A DNA stretch of 64,000 nt, taken from the IMG/VR virus record IMGVR_UViG_3300030107_007272, positions 2,023 through 66,022 of that record. The stretch is one strand, 5' to 3'. Shown here one piece after another: positions 8,766 to 19,591 of the stretch. This DNA comes from a virus. Its lineage: Duplodnaviria; Caudoviricetes. The translations under genes were made by a program, and so were the position numbers. The stretch's first letter is position 1. Each line of letters begins with the position of its first letter. The notes beneath the pieces were generated by a model that searched no databases, had not been told where the DNA came from, and worked only from the letters and a program-made list of their open reading frames with translations.

Positions 8766-9982
8766 TTACTACTCAATTTAACCTTTGGAAAATATCTTAA
8801 AAACTTATCGTTTTTGTTGTCTCTTGTTTTCAATATTCTTTCTCGTATTTCATCATAAAAATTCCAAGCTAATGGAATGAATAATATCTTATCATCATCG
8901 GAATATGTTTTTAAATGTTCATTAGACTTAATCGGTATATTTGTACCTGGTGTGTAAAGTCCTTGTTTAAGTTCGTTGTCATCAATAATCACATCCAACT
9001 CAACATCGGCAAAATTTAAAAATGTCATACCTTTAGCAGCTGCTCCATATCCAACTAATTTAAAACCATCTCGTTTAGAGTTTTGAAGTAACTCTTTAAA
9101 TTCAGATACTAAGTTCATGATATTTTTTGTATACTCATTATAAGTTTTTTTACTCAACAAACCTCTTTGCCTTTCCACCTCTATTTCGTTGAAAACTTTT
9201 CTTCTACCCTCAAATGTATTTTTAGTAAATCTAAACAAATAACTTATACCGTGAACAGGCGTTTTAATAACATCGGTTAAGGTCAAATTGGTTCTATTGA
9301 CCAACTCATTCATAGAATTGATATTGAAAAAAGAAATGTGTTCGTGATATATCGTATCAAATTGATTATTCAAAATCATCTCTGCCTGTGATGTTTGTAT
9401 GTAAAGAACAGAATCATCATGCATTATCTTTTCACATTCTTCTAAAAATTCCTTTGGATTACTATTATGAGCAAATACATTTTGTGCTACAATCACATCA
9501 ATTAATCCAAAAGTTGACCACCCTTTACGAAAATAATCACAAACAACTTCGTGATTTTTTGAACTTAACTTATGTAGATTTTCAGCAGGATCAACACCAT
9601 AAGTTTTAAAACCCTCATCTTTAAAATAATCTAATTGTGTTCCATCATTACAAGCAATATCCAATACGGTATTACCTTTACCAAATGTGGTAGTCTCAAG
9701 TACATAATCAACAAACCATTTCATATTATCGTGTAGTGTTTTTGTTGTGCCACTAACATACAGATAATCTTTAAATAACAAATCAGGATTTACAACATGA
9801 GTTAACTGAATGTGATAACAATTGTTACATATGTTTACACCAAGTGGATATTCATCCATTTCCTCATTATTGTCGTGATATGAATTTGCCAATGGTTGAT
9901 TGTTTAAATCCAATAATAGTGACATATCACTCGAATCACAACACAAACATTTTTCTAAAATTTTACAATTATTCATAATCAA
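8762..9982 (-). CDS. NDP-sugar C-methyltransferase (class I SAM-dependent, N-terminal Zn site)
   Basis: CLCC...CNNC, LDIACNDGT, FDTIYHEH, VGYGAAAKG, PLAWNF. Confidence 0.9.
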   Translation of the reverse strand: MIMNNCKILEKCLCCDSSDMSLLLDLNNQPLANSYHDNNEEMDEYPLGVNICNNCYHIQLTHVVNPDLLFKDYLYVSGTTKTLHDNMKWFVDYVLETTTFGKGNTVLDIACNDGTQLDYFKDEGFKTYGVDPAENLHKLSSKNHEVVCDYFRKGWSTFGLIDVIVAQNVFAHNSNPKEFLEECEKIMHDDSVLYIQTSQAEMILNNQFDTIYHEHISFFNINSMNELVNRTNLTLTDVIKTPVHGISYLFRFTKNTFEGRRKVFNEIEVERQRGLLSKKTYNEYTKNIMNLVSEFKELLQNSKRDGFKLVGYGAAAKGMTFLNFADVELDVIIDDNELKQGLYTPGTNIPIKSNEHLKTYSDDDKILFIPLAWNFYDEIRERILKTRDNKNDKFLRYFPKVKLSSK

Positions 9983-10883
9983 TTGCTTTACTTCTATCTG
10001 TTTTTTTCATATCATCCCAACTGTCCCTAAGTTCAGTTGCTAATCCCTCAACAGTATCTTTAAATTTAAATCCAAATTGTTTTCTAAACTTTAATGTTGA
10101 TATTGAAAAATTATAAGATTTAGTCTGGTTTTTAGTATTTTTGATTTGTGTAGGATCTGCCTCAAACTCTTTAACTTCAACACCCATCACATTGGCTACT
10201 TCGTAAGCAATTTGCTCAGCAGTTTTATTAAAAGATGCTAAATTATACAAACCTCTTTTATCCTCATTACAATCAATAATTGTTTTTATAGCACCACATA
10301 AATCATTTATACCTAATATAGGCCTCATCGTATCTTTTATGTAAAGTTTTATGTGACCGTCACTTAAAGCACTATTAACCATCGCATTTATCATGACATC
10401 ACTTCTTAAAAAAGGCGAGTACCCATTCACAGTACCAAATCTTAAGGCATAATATTCAACATCAGATTTTTGAGCATATAAATCTGCTGTGTGTTTAGAT
10501 ATATCATACTGGTTGTATGGCTCAAATCCAAAGTATTTTTCATTTACAGTTTTACCACCAACTGAACCATAAACACTCGATGAACTAGCATACACAAGTT
10601 TCTGTTTATCTAGTTTCTCCAACAAATCAATAAAATTTCTAACATTATTATTAAAACAACTATTTAAGTTACCCTCAGACATTTTCACACTTGAGTGTCC
10701 GGCAAGTAAAATTATATTGTCGTACTCTGAGTAATATTCACTTGTTAAATCCTTGAAATCAACATTCTTCTGACCTTTTTTGAACCAATTTATGTCAACC
10801 CCATCAGCTATAATTTCTTTTGATAACCGTGAGCCTATGTACCCATTACTCCCTATTATTAATGTTCTACTCAAAATGGCCAC
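9969..10883 (-). CDS. NAD-dependent epimerase/dehydratase
   Basis: IGSNGYIG, YASSSSVYG, YDISK, LRFGTVNG. Confidence 0.9.
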   Translation of the reverse strand: MAILSRTLIIGSNGYIGSRLSKEIIADGVDINWFKKGQKNVDFKDLTSEYYSEYDNIILLAGHSSVKMSEGNLNSCFNNNVRNFIDLLEKLDKQKLVYASSSSVYGSVGGKTVNEKYFGFEPYNQYDISKHTADLYAQKSDVEYYALRFGTVNGYSPFLRSDVMINAMVNSALSDGHIKLYIKDTMRPILGINDLCGAIKTIIDCNEDKRGLYNLASFNKTAEQIAYEVANVMGVEVKEFEADPTQIKNTKNQTKSYNFSISTLKFRKQFGFKFKDTVEGLATELRDSWDDMKKTDRSKAIDYE

Positions 10884-11770
10884 TCTATTCTATTTGGATT
10901 ATTAGTTCCTGTTATAGGAACAACAAATGTTTCGGAGTCTTCGTTAGGTAATCTACCCCACTTTTGAATAAATCTTTCTGTCGCTCTTCTCTCCCACTCC
11001 ACTAAATGTGGTGGTCTTTTATTATTATCTAACTCTCTTGTACCATTAGGAAACCTCGAAGTTCTTGATGTAAAATGCCAAATAACAGATTTACTTGTCA
11101 TTATAAATTTATATCCTTCCATTTGCATTCTCATAAACAAATCTTTATCTTCCCAATACATTGGTTCAAATATCGGGTCATTACCACCAATGTAAATGTG
11201 ATCTTCAACCCTACAGAAGTAACCAGCTCCACCAGCTTTTCTGACATGAATATCATTATCATGTGTAAATTCAGCAGCCCAATCATCAAAATAATTCTGT
11301 TCAAAATTATCCTCGTGTTCACCAAATTTGTCAAATGGAACAAAAACTGTTCCAGGTCTATAAGGAGGATCGTTTGGAAATATGTTCGGTTGAACTCTGA
11401 ATGAAGAAGCTATTAATCTCTCACCTGGTTTTATATCATCATATAGTTTTAGTAATTCAATATCTTGATTAGGACCTAACCAAAAATCTGAATGTAATAT
11501 ATTGACGAACTCTGTTTTTACCTGACTAACACATAAATCAATACCACCACCGATACCTCGTTGTTCTACATTATCTTTTTCTATGTGATAATCTATCCTA
11601 AGTTCATCAGCGTTTTTTGCTAACCACTCATTAGTTCCATCGGTACAATTTTCAGCAAAAATAAAAATTGGCATATCATTATAATAACAATTCTGTCTAA
11701 TTGATGTAACTGTTAATTTTAAAAATGGTAAATTGTTGTAAGTTGGAATTACTGATGTTATCTTACTCAT
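10871..11770 (-). CDS. glycosyltransferase family 2
   Basis: VIPTYNN, ENCTDGT, LHSDF, WEDKD; paralog of 5288-6523. Confidence 0.85.
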   Translation of the reverse strand: MSKITSVIPTYNNLPFLKLTVTSIRQNCYYNDMPIFIFAENCTDGTNEWLAKNADELRIDYHIEKDNVEQRGIGGGIDLCVSQVKTEFVNILHSDFWLGPNQDIELLKLYDDIKPGERLIASSFRVQPNIFPNDPPYRPGTVFVPFDKFGEHEDNFEQNYFDDWAAEFTHDNDIHVRKAGGAGYFCRVEDHIYIGGNDPIFEPMYWEDKDLFMRMQMEGYKFIMTSKSVIWHFTSRTSRFPNGTRELDNNKRPPHLVEWERRATERFIQKWGRLPNEDSETFVVPITGTNNPNRIEWPF

Positions 11771-12776
11771 TTTCTACTCCGCTTAAATTAGCAAAAAAGT
11801 TATACCAATACATACAAACATTTTCATATGAATACATCTCAACAACTTTTTTTCTAGCATTGTCTATAATATACTCATAATCTTTTAAATTAGCAAGCAA
11901 TTTATATATAGTTTCATTTAAATCAGACCAATCTGGTTTGACTGGCACATAGGTTTCCATTGGTTTAAAAAAATCTGGCTCGGTTATCACTCTTTCCATC
12001 TCTGGTTTAACCAATAAACCACCCCATTGTATTATCTCTAAATCACGATAACATAATTCACCCATACCAAAAGGTGATAAGCCAATCTTTGACCTTTTTA
12101 CAACTTCCATAGTATCCTCTGGATGTAAGTGACCTTTTACTATATTATATTCTTGACTTATCTTTTGTAACTTATCCCAAGCTCCTTTTCTATGTTTCGT
12201 GTAAAGCACATCAGTTCTTACCTCGTGATCAGTATTTCCATCATCTAAAACACCTTGATAAACAGCACAAACATCAATGTCTCTATCACCACCACAAACT
12301 TGCATCTGTTGTAAATGAGGCCAGTTGTGAGCAACATTATAACCAGTAAGTTTTATTTTATCATACACATCATTTGGAATATTGTAACCTCTGTCCAAAA
12401 CCGAGCCTTTACCAAAAAACCACTTGTTAATTATAGTTTTTTCTTTATAATCCTCTTGTGATAATAATTGTTTACGAAATAAATATTTAGCATCGGATTC
12501 AATAAAAACTTCATAAGCACCCATTATTGAAGTAGAGTCTCCACCGTGAAATAAAAAATAATCACCTGTTTTTTTTGATAAATTTTCTAAACCTTTATCT
12601 ATACTGTCTTGTAAAGGTATAGATAAATCAACAAACTCGGTGGCATCAACAAATTCATAATCATAACTATCAGAATCAGTTATTTCTATGCTATAATCTT
12701 TTAACATATTCCTAGTGTGAATTAACCCACTAAAACACTTCATATTATTAGAGTCTGATAATTTTATTTTAATCAT
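11763..12776 (-). CDS. glycosyltransferase (CgeB-like GT-B C-terminal domain)
   Basis: SKIGLSPFGMGELCYRDLE; ETYVPVKPDWSDL. Confidence 0.7.
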   Translation of the reverse strand: MIKIKLSDSNNMKCFSGLIHTRNMLKDYSIEITDSDSYDYEFVDATEFVDLSIPLQDSIDKGLENLSKKTGDYFLFHGGDSTSIMGAYEVFIESDAKYLFRKQLLSQEDYKEKTIINKWFFGKGSVLDRGYNIPNDVYDKIKLTGYNVAHNWPHLQQMQVCGGDRDIDVCAVYQGVLDDGNTDHEVRTDVLYTKHRKGAWDKLQKISQEYNIVKGHLHPEDTMEVVKRSKIGLSPFGMGELCYRDLEIIQWGGLLVKPEMERVITEPDFFKPMETYVPVKPDWSDLNETIYKLLANLKDYEYIIDNARKKVVEMYSYENVCMYWYNFFANLSGVENE

Positions 12777-13732
12777 CCCAACAAATCAATATCATTTTTA
12801 ACCATTTTAGAAACCATATTTTCAAATGTCGTTTCTGGTTGCCAACCTAAAACATCACGAGCTTTTGTCGAATCACCACGAAGCACATCAACCTCAGCAG
12901 GTCTCATAAATCTAGGATCTTGTTTTACATATTTATCCCAATTTGTAACTCCTATATGTTTAAAGGCAGCGTCTAAAAATTCTCGTATAGTGTGGTCTTT
13001 ACCAGTCGCCACTACATAATCATCTGGTTCATTTTGTTGTAACATCAACCACATACATTTTACATAATCAGGTGAGTATCCCCAATCTCTTTTAGATTCT
13101 AAATTTCCCAAAGTGATGTAATCTTCTAAACCCAAGTGTATTCGTGCAACACCATCAGTAATCTTACGAGTAACAAATTCAATACCCCTTCTCTCCGATT
13201 CGTGATTGAATAAAATACCACTACAATTAAACATATCATAAGATTCTCTGTAGTTCTTTGTAATCCAATGACCATATAGTTTAGCAACACCATAAGGACT
13301 TCTTGGATAAAATGGTGTGGTTTCTTTTGCTGGGTTTTCAACCATCCTACCAAACATTTCAGAAGTTGATGCTTGATAAAATTTTATGTCCTTACCGTAT
13401 TCTCTTATTGCTTCTAACATTCTTAAAACACCTAAACCACTAACATCACTAGTTTGTTCTGGTGTATTCCAACTCTCACCCACAAAAGATTGAGCAGCCA
13501 AATTATAAACCTCATCAGGATTAGACTCTCTTAAACATCTTACTAAAGAATTTTGGTCGGTCAAGTCCCCATTGATGAAAGTTATCTGATTCTCAAGGTG
13601 ACCTGTGTTAGTCCTATTTTTGACAGATGACCTTCTCTCCATACCGAAAACTTCATAATTTTTATTTAGTAAAAAATCAGCAAGATGACTACCATCCATA
13701 CCATTAATACCTGTAATTAATACTCTCTTCAT
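12773..13732 (-). CDS. gmd: GDP-mannose 4,6-dehydratase
   Basis: LITGINGMDGSHL, YNLAAQS, FYQASTSE, PRSPYGVAKLY, GILFNHES, FVTRKIT. Confidence 0.95.
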   Translation of the reverse strand: MKRVLITGINGMDGSHLADFLLNKNYEVFGMERRSSVKNRTNTGHLENQITFINGDLTDQNSLVRCLRESNPDEVYNLAAQSFVGESWNTPEQTSDVSGLGVLRMLEAIREYGKDIKFYQASTSEMFGRMVENPAKETTPFYPRSPYGVAKLYGHWITKNYRESYDMFNCSGILFNHESERRGIEFVTRKITDGVARIHLGLEDYITLGNLESKRDWGYSPDYVKCMWLMLQQNEPDDYVVATGKDHTIREFLDAAFKHIGVTNWDKYVKQDPRFMRPAEVDVLRGDSTKARDVLGWQPETTFENMVSKMVKNDIDLLG

Positions 13733-14733
13733 TGTTTCTCCAATACTTTTTCTAAATCATCATATTCATAAAATTTACCTTTACCTGTGAATAATGTTTG
13801 TATGTTTTGTTTTGAAAAATTTAACAGTTTTTGAAAGTTAGAATTTTTCTGATTGATAAATGAATGTGGATTATTCTCCCCTTTAACATACATTCTCTTA
13901 TTTGGATGTCTTCTAGCGTGAACATGCAACACATTTTGACAGACAAACTGCATAAAGTTTTGTCCTAATAATTTTTCCGCCATTATTGATAAACCCTCAT
14001 CATCATTGTAAAGTAAACATGATGGTATGTTAATACCAGACTTAATCAAATCGGATGATAAAACTAAACAGGCACCACTTATCTTTGGGTATTGGATATA
14101 GGAAAAATCAAAATCGTCAGCCTTAGCATTAATTTGATTCATTTTATCAATCGACATTGGTGATTTTGCTTGATTGGGATTAAGATGTCCTTTTTCATCA
14201 TCTATAAACTGTATGTCACGATAATCAACATGAACTAAAGGATTCCAACTAGCATCCCACATTTTTCTATCAGCAAAACTTAATAGGTATCTATGTATAT
14301 TTTGTTGATTAGTATATTCAGATAATGTTTCTATAACTTGAAATGCTTCTTTTGGAAAAAAACTATCAGTCTCACCCCACATTACATAATCAACTTTTTT
14401 ACAATAATTATAATTTAAATCTCTTCTATAATCAGCGTGAAAATAAAACTCATCATTATCGTGTACTTTCCAAACTACATTTGGATGAACTTTTTTTAAT
14501 CGATTCACATTATTATTAAACTTTGCTAATAATTGATTTTTATCTATTTGCTTAGTGTCTATATTTTCTACTTTTTCTGATAAATTAAAACACAAATCTA
14601 TTGTTATGTTATCTTTAGTTTTGACAGGCTCAAGTAAATTTATCATACCATTTATGAAGTCTTCAAACATTTCAATCTCAAACCACATAACATGAGTTCC
14701 AATAACATATTTATTTTTCATACAATGCCTCAT
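13729..14733 (-). CDS. putative GT-A glycosyltransferase (start probably 14721)
   Basis: VMWGETDS DxD-like motif; cluster context. Confidence 0.5.
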   Translation of the reverse strand: MRHCMKNKYVIGTHVMWFEIEMFEDFINGMINLLEPVKTKDNITIDLCFNLSEKVENIDTKQIDKNQLLAKFNNNVNRLKKVHPNVVWKVHDNDEFYFHADYRRDLNYNYCKKVDYVMWGETDSFFPKEAFQVIETLSEYTNQQNIHRYLLSFADRKMWDASWNPLVHVDYRDIQFIDDEKGHLNPNQAKSPMSIDKMNQINAKADDFDFSYIQYPKISGACLVLSSDLIKSGINIPSCLLYNDDEGLSIMAEKLLGQNFMQFVCQNVLHVHARRHPNKRMYVKGENNPHSFINQKNSNFQKLLNFSKQNIQTLFTGKGKFYEYDDLEKVLEKQ

Positions 14734-15490
14734 AAGTTTTTTTCATCCAATGATAAGTTAAGGTATTATTAGTATTGTTTGGTATACCACTAAAATGATA
14801 AATCCAACCAACCTTTGTGAATAATAAATCCTCTGTCAATATTTCTTTTCTAACCATATCTGCCATATTATATTCATACGGTAAAAGTTTATAATCAATA
14901 TTCTCTAAATGTATTAAGAAATTAACAGGAGTTTGGACAGTACCACCATGAAAAGCTCTTTCAACTTTCATTAAATTTTCTTTATTTTCATTATAAAAAT
15001 TAATTACCTTATTAGCAAAATCTCTATGTTTTTCATTATAAATCTCCAAACCAGCATTGTAATAATGACACCAATTAAACATATAACCATCAAAAAAATA
15101 TTTTGAATAGTTTTCCATACTCCTTAAAATCCAATCATAACTGCCTTCGTTATGTACAAAAGTATATTTCCCATCTGTCATTTCAAAAACATTTGGGCAA
15201 TTAGGATGAACAACTGTATCAGCATCTACATACATTATTTGGTCATAATCAATTTTATTAGATTCTAGAATATCGAAAATATAAAACTTTTGCCAAGGAA
15301 TAGCCATATTCTCATTTGGTAATAATAAATCTTCTAAAACAAATAACTCCGCGTTGTTCTTATCACACCATTGTTGCCAAGATTTGACAGAATAAATGTA
15401 AGGATCACTTCTGTTATCTAACCACCTATCACCCTCTAGTTTAGAATTTTTGATTTTGATGTTAAGCATAAATACTACATTTTTTTTCAT
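14711..15490 (-). CDS. glycosyltransferase, GT8/galactosyltransferase-like
   Basis: WQKF, YVDADT, YYNAG, IYHFSG. Confidence 0.75.
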   Translation of the reverse strand: MKKNVVFMLNIKIKNSKLEGDRWLDNRSDPYIYSVKSWQQWCDKNNAELFVLEDLLLPNENMAIPWQKFYIFDILESNKIDYDQIMYVDADTVVHPNCPNVFEMTDGKYTFVHNEGSYDWILRSMENYSKYFFDGYMFNWCHYYNAGLEIYNEKHRDFANKVINFYNENKENLMKVERAFHGGTVQTPVNFLIHLENIDYKLLPYEYNMADMVRKEILTEDLLFTKVGWIYHFSGIPNNTNNTLTYHWMKKTYEALYEK

Positions 15491-16278
15491 TTGTAATTAT
15501 CCTTAATCATATCCCAAGTCTGTCTCATAACCTGCGACCTTTGGTTTTTTGGTATACCTGTGAATCTCCAAACTTTTCCATACTTTATAAAAAAAGGTGT
15601 TTTATCTTCATCTAACTGCCAATTGTGACTAAACAAATCTTTTCGATGCATATGAGTCAAATTAAAAGAAAAAGGAATGTCTAGTTTAACATCAATATTC
15701 ATAATCTGTAATAAGTAATTTATCGGTGTTTGGTCATTTCCCTTTCTAACATCTTTATCCTGTAACTTTATAAAATCATCTTTTTTCTCAAAATAAAGTT
15801 CTTTTAATTTTTCAAAAAATAAGCGATGGTCATCGTTAAAAATCATAAATCCTGAGTTTATGTATTTTGTGAAATTAAATTCGAAATTGTCAAAAATTTT
15901 TTGGTAACCAACCACGCTGTCATAAACCCAGCCTAAATTGTCTCTATCTCTCCAGCCGACAAATTTTCTATCAGTTAAATCGAAAAAGTTAGGGCAATCC
16001 CATTTAATCATCGCTGTGCTATCAACAAGGGCAATCTGGTCAAAATCAACACCAAGATTATCTATCTCATCAAAGACATAAATACATTTTTGCCATTGTG
16101 GTCTATATTGAATAAAATCATTATGTTTCGGTTTATCAAATGGTACAAATAACACATCATTTTTTTCACACCAATATTCCCAAGTATTTCTAGAATATTC
16201 AAAATACTCAAATCCACCGTATTTTTCAGAGTGGTCTTTGTTTTTTAAAATAGGAAACCATACCACATTTTTTTTCAT
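15487..16278 (-). CDS. glycosyltransferase, GT8-like (paralog of 14711-15490)
   Basis: WQKC, LVDST, YINSG, DQTPIN; shared MKKNVV start. Confidence 0.7.
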   Translation of the reverse strand: MKKNVVWFPILKNKDHSEKYGGFEYFEYSRNTWEYWCEKNDVLFVPFDKPKHNDFIQYRPQWQKCIYVFDEIDNLGVDFDQIALVDSTAMIKWDCPNFFDLTDRKFVGWRDRDNLGWVYDSVVGYQKIFDNFEFNFTKYINSGFMIFNDDHRLFFEKLKELYFEKKDDFIKLQDKDVRKGNDQTPINYLLQIMNIDVKLDIPFSFNLTHMHRKDLFSHNWQLDEDKTPFFIKYGKVWRFTGIPKNQRSQVMRQTWDMIKDNYK

Positions 16279-16332
16279 AAATAACCTTTTTGTAATTACT
16301 ATGTCGTATATATAAATATATATTTATTTTTG

Positions 16333-18069
16333 TTACATATCATTTTTAATCATATAAACTACACTAGAAGCGGCATCGACACAATTACCAATCTTACTAC
16401 TGAACAAAATATAGTTTTCATTTTGTTTAGTTATAATTGTTGGTCTTTCATCAGTTTCATCTTTATTTGGTAAAACAGTTCTTATTGTATACATTGAACC
16501 AATATATTTTGATTTTTCTATGTCAGGAAAAAACCTCTTAGAAGATTCAATAAATCTATGTATGTTTGTATACTTTGGTTTTTCTATTAAACCTTTATTC
16601 AAATAATTTTTATAAACTGCTGGTATCTTTGGCTCTTTTCCTATGTTACTAGCATGAATAGCGTGAACAACATTTCCAGCAAGATGATAACCTGTATCTG
16701 AATAAGGATCGAAACACATAAAAGGACCGTCCATAATCACGATACTTTTATTTTTGTATTTATCAGGTAGTTTTAAAACTGGCTTTTCACACAGCTCAAA
16801 CTGATAATCTTGTTTTTCATTAGTAAAATCATTTAAGGAAGAATAAGTCGAATAAATCGTGTGTTTGTAACCAGTCTGTTTATCAAATTTTTTATCTGTT
16901 CTAACATTTATACTAAGTCCACACATTCTTTTTATACAAACTAACCTCAAAGCATCAGGATCGTACAATTTTTCATCAACCTTAATGGTTAAATCACAAT
17001 TAGGTAAACTATCCACTATTTCCCACTCTAATCCAACACTATCTAAAATAGATAAGTATTGTTCAGCGGTCACTAAACTCTCCTCAGATGCTATACCATA
17101 ATAATGTTTTATGTCTCCATTCACTATTGATTGATTATAATATTTTATAAATGATTCCTCATTAGTTTTACACGATTTAATTGTATCAACGCTTCTAGGG
17201 TAATGGTATCCCCTATGTATTCTATATTGATTAATACCAGAGGCTCTTTTTAATATTTGGCTCTCTGACTCATATAAATCAACATCATAACCACTAACTG
17301 CTAGTTTAGTAGCGACAGTAACTCCGTATATTCCCCCACCAACAACAGCACACTTACCATACATCTTTTCTTTAACAAAAGAACTCAACCTTGTAGCAAA
17401 AACACTTCTTTTACAATTTGATTCAAAATCAGCCTGTTTAAATAAAACCTTTTTGAGCATTGTTTCTAAAGCATCACTTTCACAAGTAGGTTTTATGTTA
17501 TGAATTTTTTCTTTATACCAACCAAAATCATACTCGTATCTAAATTTCTTATTTTTAATTTCCACCTCAAAAATCTTATGATTTATATCATTAGTTATTA
17601 TGTTTACATTATCTGGTATTCCAATAGAATCCTCAATAATATCGTGAGTTAAATAAAAATGATGATAAGCCATCCTATCAATAATGTTGGCAGACAATCC
17701 ACCCCACTTTTTGTAAATAAAATTATTTGTCGATTCGATTTTTTCATATACTAAAACATCGTCTACATAGAAACAGATGTCGTTTGCTTCTGCGATACCA
17801 TACAACTCCAATAATGAGGCTGTCGATAGTGTTCCAGGCTTTTCACAAAAAACATTAACTTTTTTTTGTAAAAAATGTTTTGCCTGTTCATAATGAAATT
17901 CATTAGGACTAGCGATTATAACCCAATCTAAGTTTACATCCGACTCCCACCATTTATCTTTAGAACCATAAACCCACTCAACAGATACCTCTGATATATT
18001 ATTTAATTTTGATAATATTTTTTTACCAAAACTACCTTTACCTATTTGCCCTAATCTAATTTTTTTCAT
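16333..18069 (-). CDS. fusion of Gfo/Idh/MocA oxidoreductase and FAD-dependent oxidoreductase
   Basis: N-terminal IASPNEFH...VFCEKP; second domain VVGGGIYG...NQYRIHRGYHYPRS. Confidence 0.8.
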   Translation of the reverse strand: MKKIRLGQIGKGSFGKKILSKLNNISEVSVEWVYGSKDKWWESDVNLDWVIIASPNEFHYEQAKHFLQKKVNVFCEKPGTLSTASLLELYGIAEANDICFYVDDVLVYEKIESTNNFIYKKWGGLSANIIDRMAYHHFYLTHDIIEDSIGIPDNVNIITNDINHKIFEVEIKNKKFRYEYDFGWYKEKIHNIKPTCESDALETMLKKVLFKQADFESNCKRSVFATRLSSFVKEKMYGKCAVVGGGIYGVTVATKLAVSGYDVDLYESESQILKRASGINQYRIHRGYHYPRSVDTIKSCKTNEESFIKYYNQSIVNGDIKHYYGIASEESLVTAEQYLSILDSVGLEWEIVDSLPNCDLTIKVDEKLYDPDALRLVCIKRMCGLSINVRTDKKFDKQTGYKHTIYSTYSSLNDFTNEKQDYQFELCEKPVLKLPDKYKNKSIVIMDGPFMCFDPYSDTGYHLAGNVVHAIHASNIGKEPKIPAVYKNYLNKGLIEKPKYTNIHRFIESSKRFFPDIEKSKYIGSMYTIRTVLPNKDETDERPTIITKQNENYILFSSKIGNCVDAASSVVYMIKNDM

Positions 18070-19591
18070 CTCTATACCAATTATTACTTAATTGAACATT
18101 CAAGTCATTAAAATTCGAGCTTCTAACTTTTATAGGACCTTTTTCAAATGGTATCCTAAAATTCTTATCATCTTCAGCTTGATTAACTAATAAAGTTATT
18201 AAATGATCGTAAGAGTCCATAAATCTTGAATCATCAACCACTAAATCAGCAGTTTCTTTATTTTCAACAAACTGTTTTAAAATAGACTCTAATGTTTGTC
18301 CTTCGGTAATTCTACCAGCAATAAATTTTTTGTTTCCAGGTCTATCTAAAAAACCAGCCTCTCTATAAAGAAATACATCCCCAGCACTATCTATCGCTAC
18401 TGATAATTGTGGAAAACCTGATTTTCTCATTTGCACCCCATTAACTCTAGCTAGTGGTTTTCCAAGAATACCCTCTCCTAATGCCACCATAGCATAACCA
18501 AAATCAACATGAAGATTACGACATTCTTTTTGTCTCCTTTCATTAAATTCTTTAAATATATCAATAAGTTTTTTTCTTTGTTTTTCTGATAAAAAACCAT
18601 CTAAGTGATATTTTCTACCCTCAACATTTTTATCAGCATCATCACTTATATCTGTTACACTTCCAAAATCTTCACGAATGGTTAAAAAATCAACACCTTG
18701 TCCATCAACTTTAGAATTCACATCAACTATATACTCAAGTAATGGTATAATAGTGTCTATATTTTCAGGAATTATAATGTAGTTTATACCTAACTTAACA
18801 TCTGATTTTTTTCTGTTTCTTTCTTTTAAAAATTTTATTATATTATCTTTGACTAATCTATAAGCTTTTTTATGTCGTGTGACAAAATAAGTTGATTCTT
18901 GATCTGTACCATATAACGATACTCTTAATGAATCCAAATCCCAAATTCCAGGTTGACTCTCTAAATACTTTGGTGTTAACATATGAGCATTTGTTATTAA
19001 AGGAACTCTATGACCTAAAGACTTAGCGTGTGTTATTATCTCACCTAAATTAAAATTAGTTAAGGGCTCTAATCCACCTGAAATAGAAATTGTAGAATTC
19101 TTAGGTAGACTCGAAATAATATCTTTATATCTATCAGCACCACTCTTTAGAACTTTTTTCGGATCGTAAGCAGCACTTTGATTTCTACCACAAAATCCAC
19201 AATAATACATACAAGACATACCAGGAAATAAAGCTAATCTTAGTGGAAAATCATATTCATAATTAATTACTTTATCTACTTTACCACTTTTTACATAAGG
19301 TATTATTGTGTTCCAATATTTTCTACCTAAACCATTATGTAAAATCATTTCTTGTAAAAAATCCGAATATCTAATAAAAGAGTTTAAAGTGATAAGTTCA
19401 GCTTTAGTTAAAGATGTCTCCTTCAGCAATTGCTCTTGTGTATACCAAGGCATTTCAGATAAACGATGTACTATTTTTGTCGCTTGAATAATCCATCTCT
19501 CTGGTATATTCTCACCCCCAAATATTTTAATTATTTCTTTTGGCACATCATCTTGATAACTCTGACACAACCATTGTTTAAAAATTTTCAT
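18056..19591 (-). CDS. radical SAM enzyme, DesII-like (dTDP-4-amino-4,6-dideoxyglucose ammonia-lyase family)
   Basis: FPGMSCMYYCGFCGR, SGGLEPLTN, LRVSLYG, DVFLYREAGF. Confidence 0.75.
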   Translation of the reverse strand: MKIFKQWLCQSYQDDVPKEIIKIFGGENIPERWIIQATKIVHRLSEMPWYTQEQLLKETSLTKAELITLNSFIRYSDFLQEMILHNGLGRKYWNTIIPYVKSGKVDKVINYEYDFPLRLALFPGMSCMYYCGFCGRNQSAAYDPKKVLKSGADRYKDIISSLPKNSTISISGGLEPLTNFNLGEIITHAKSLGHRVPLITNAHMLTPKYLESQPGIWDLDSLRVSLYGTDQESTYFVTRHKKAYRLVKDNIIKFLKERNRKKSDVKLGINYIIIPENIDTIIPLLEYIVDVNSKVDGQGVDFLTIREDFGSVTDISDDADKNVEGRKYHLDGFLSEKQRKKLIDIFKEFNERRQKECRNLHVDFGYAMVALGEGILGKPLARVNGVQMRKSGFPQLSVAIDSAGDVFLYREAGFLDRPGNKKFIAGRITEGQTLESILKQFVENKETADLVVDDSRFMDSYDHLITLLVNQAEDDKNFRIPFEKGPIKVRSSNFNDLNVQLSNNWYRDEKN

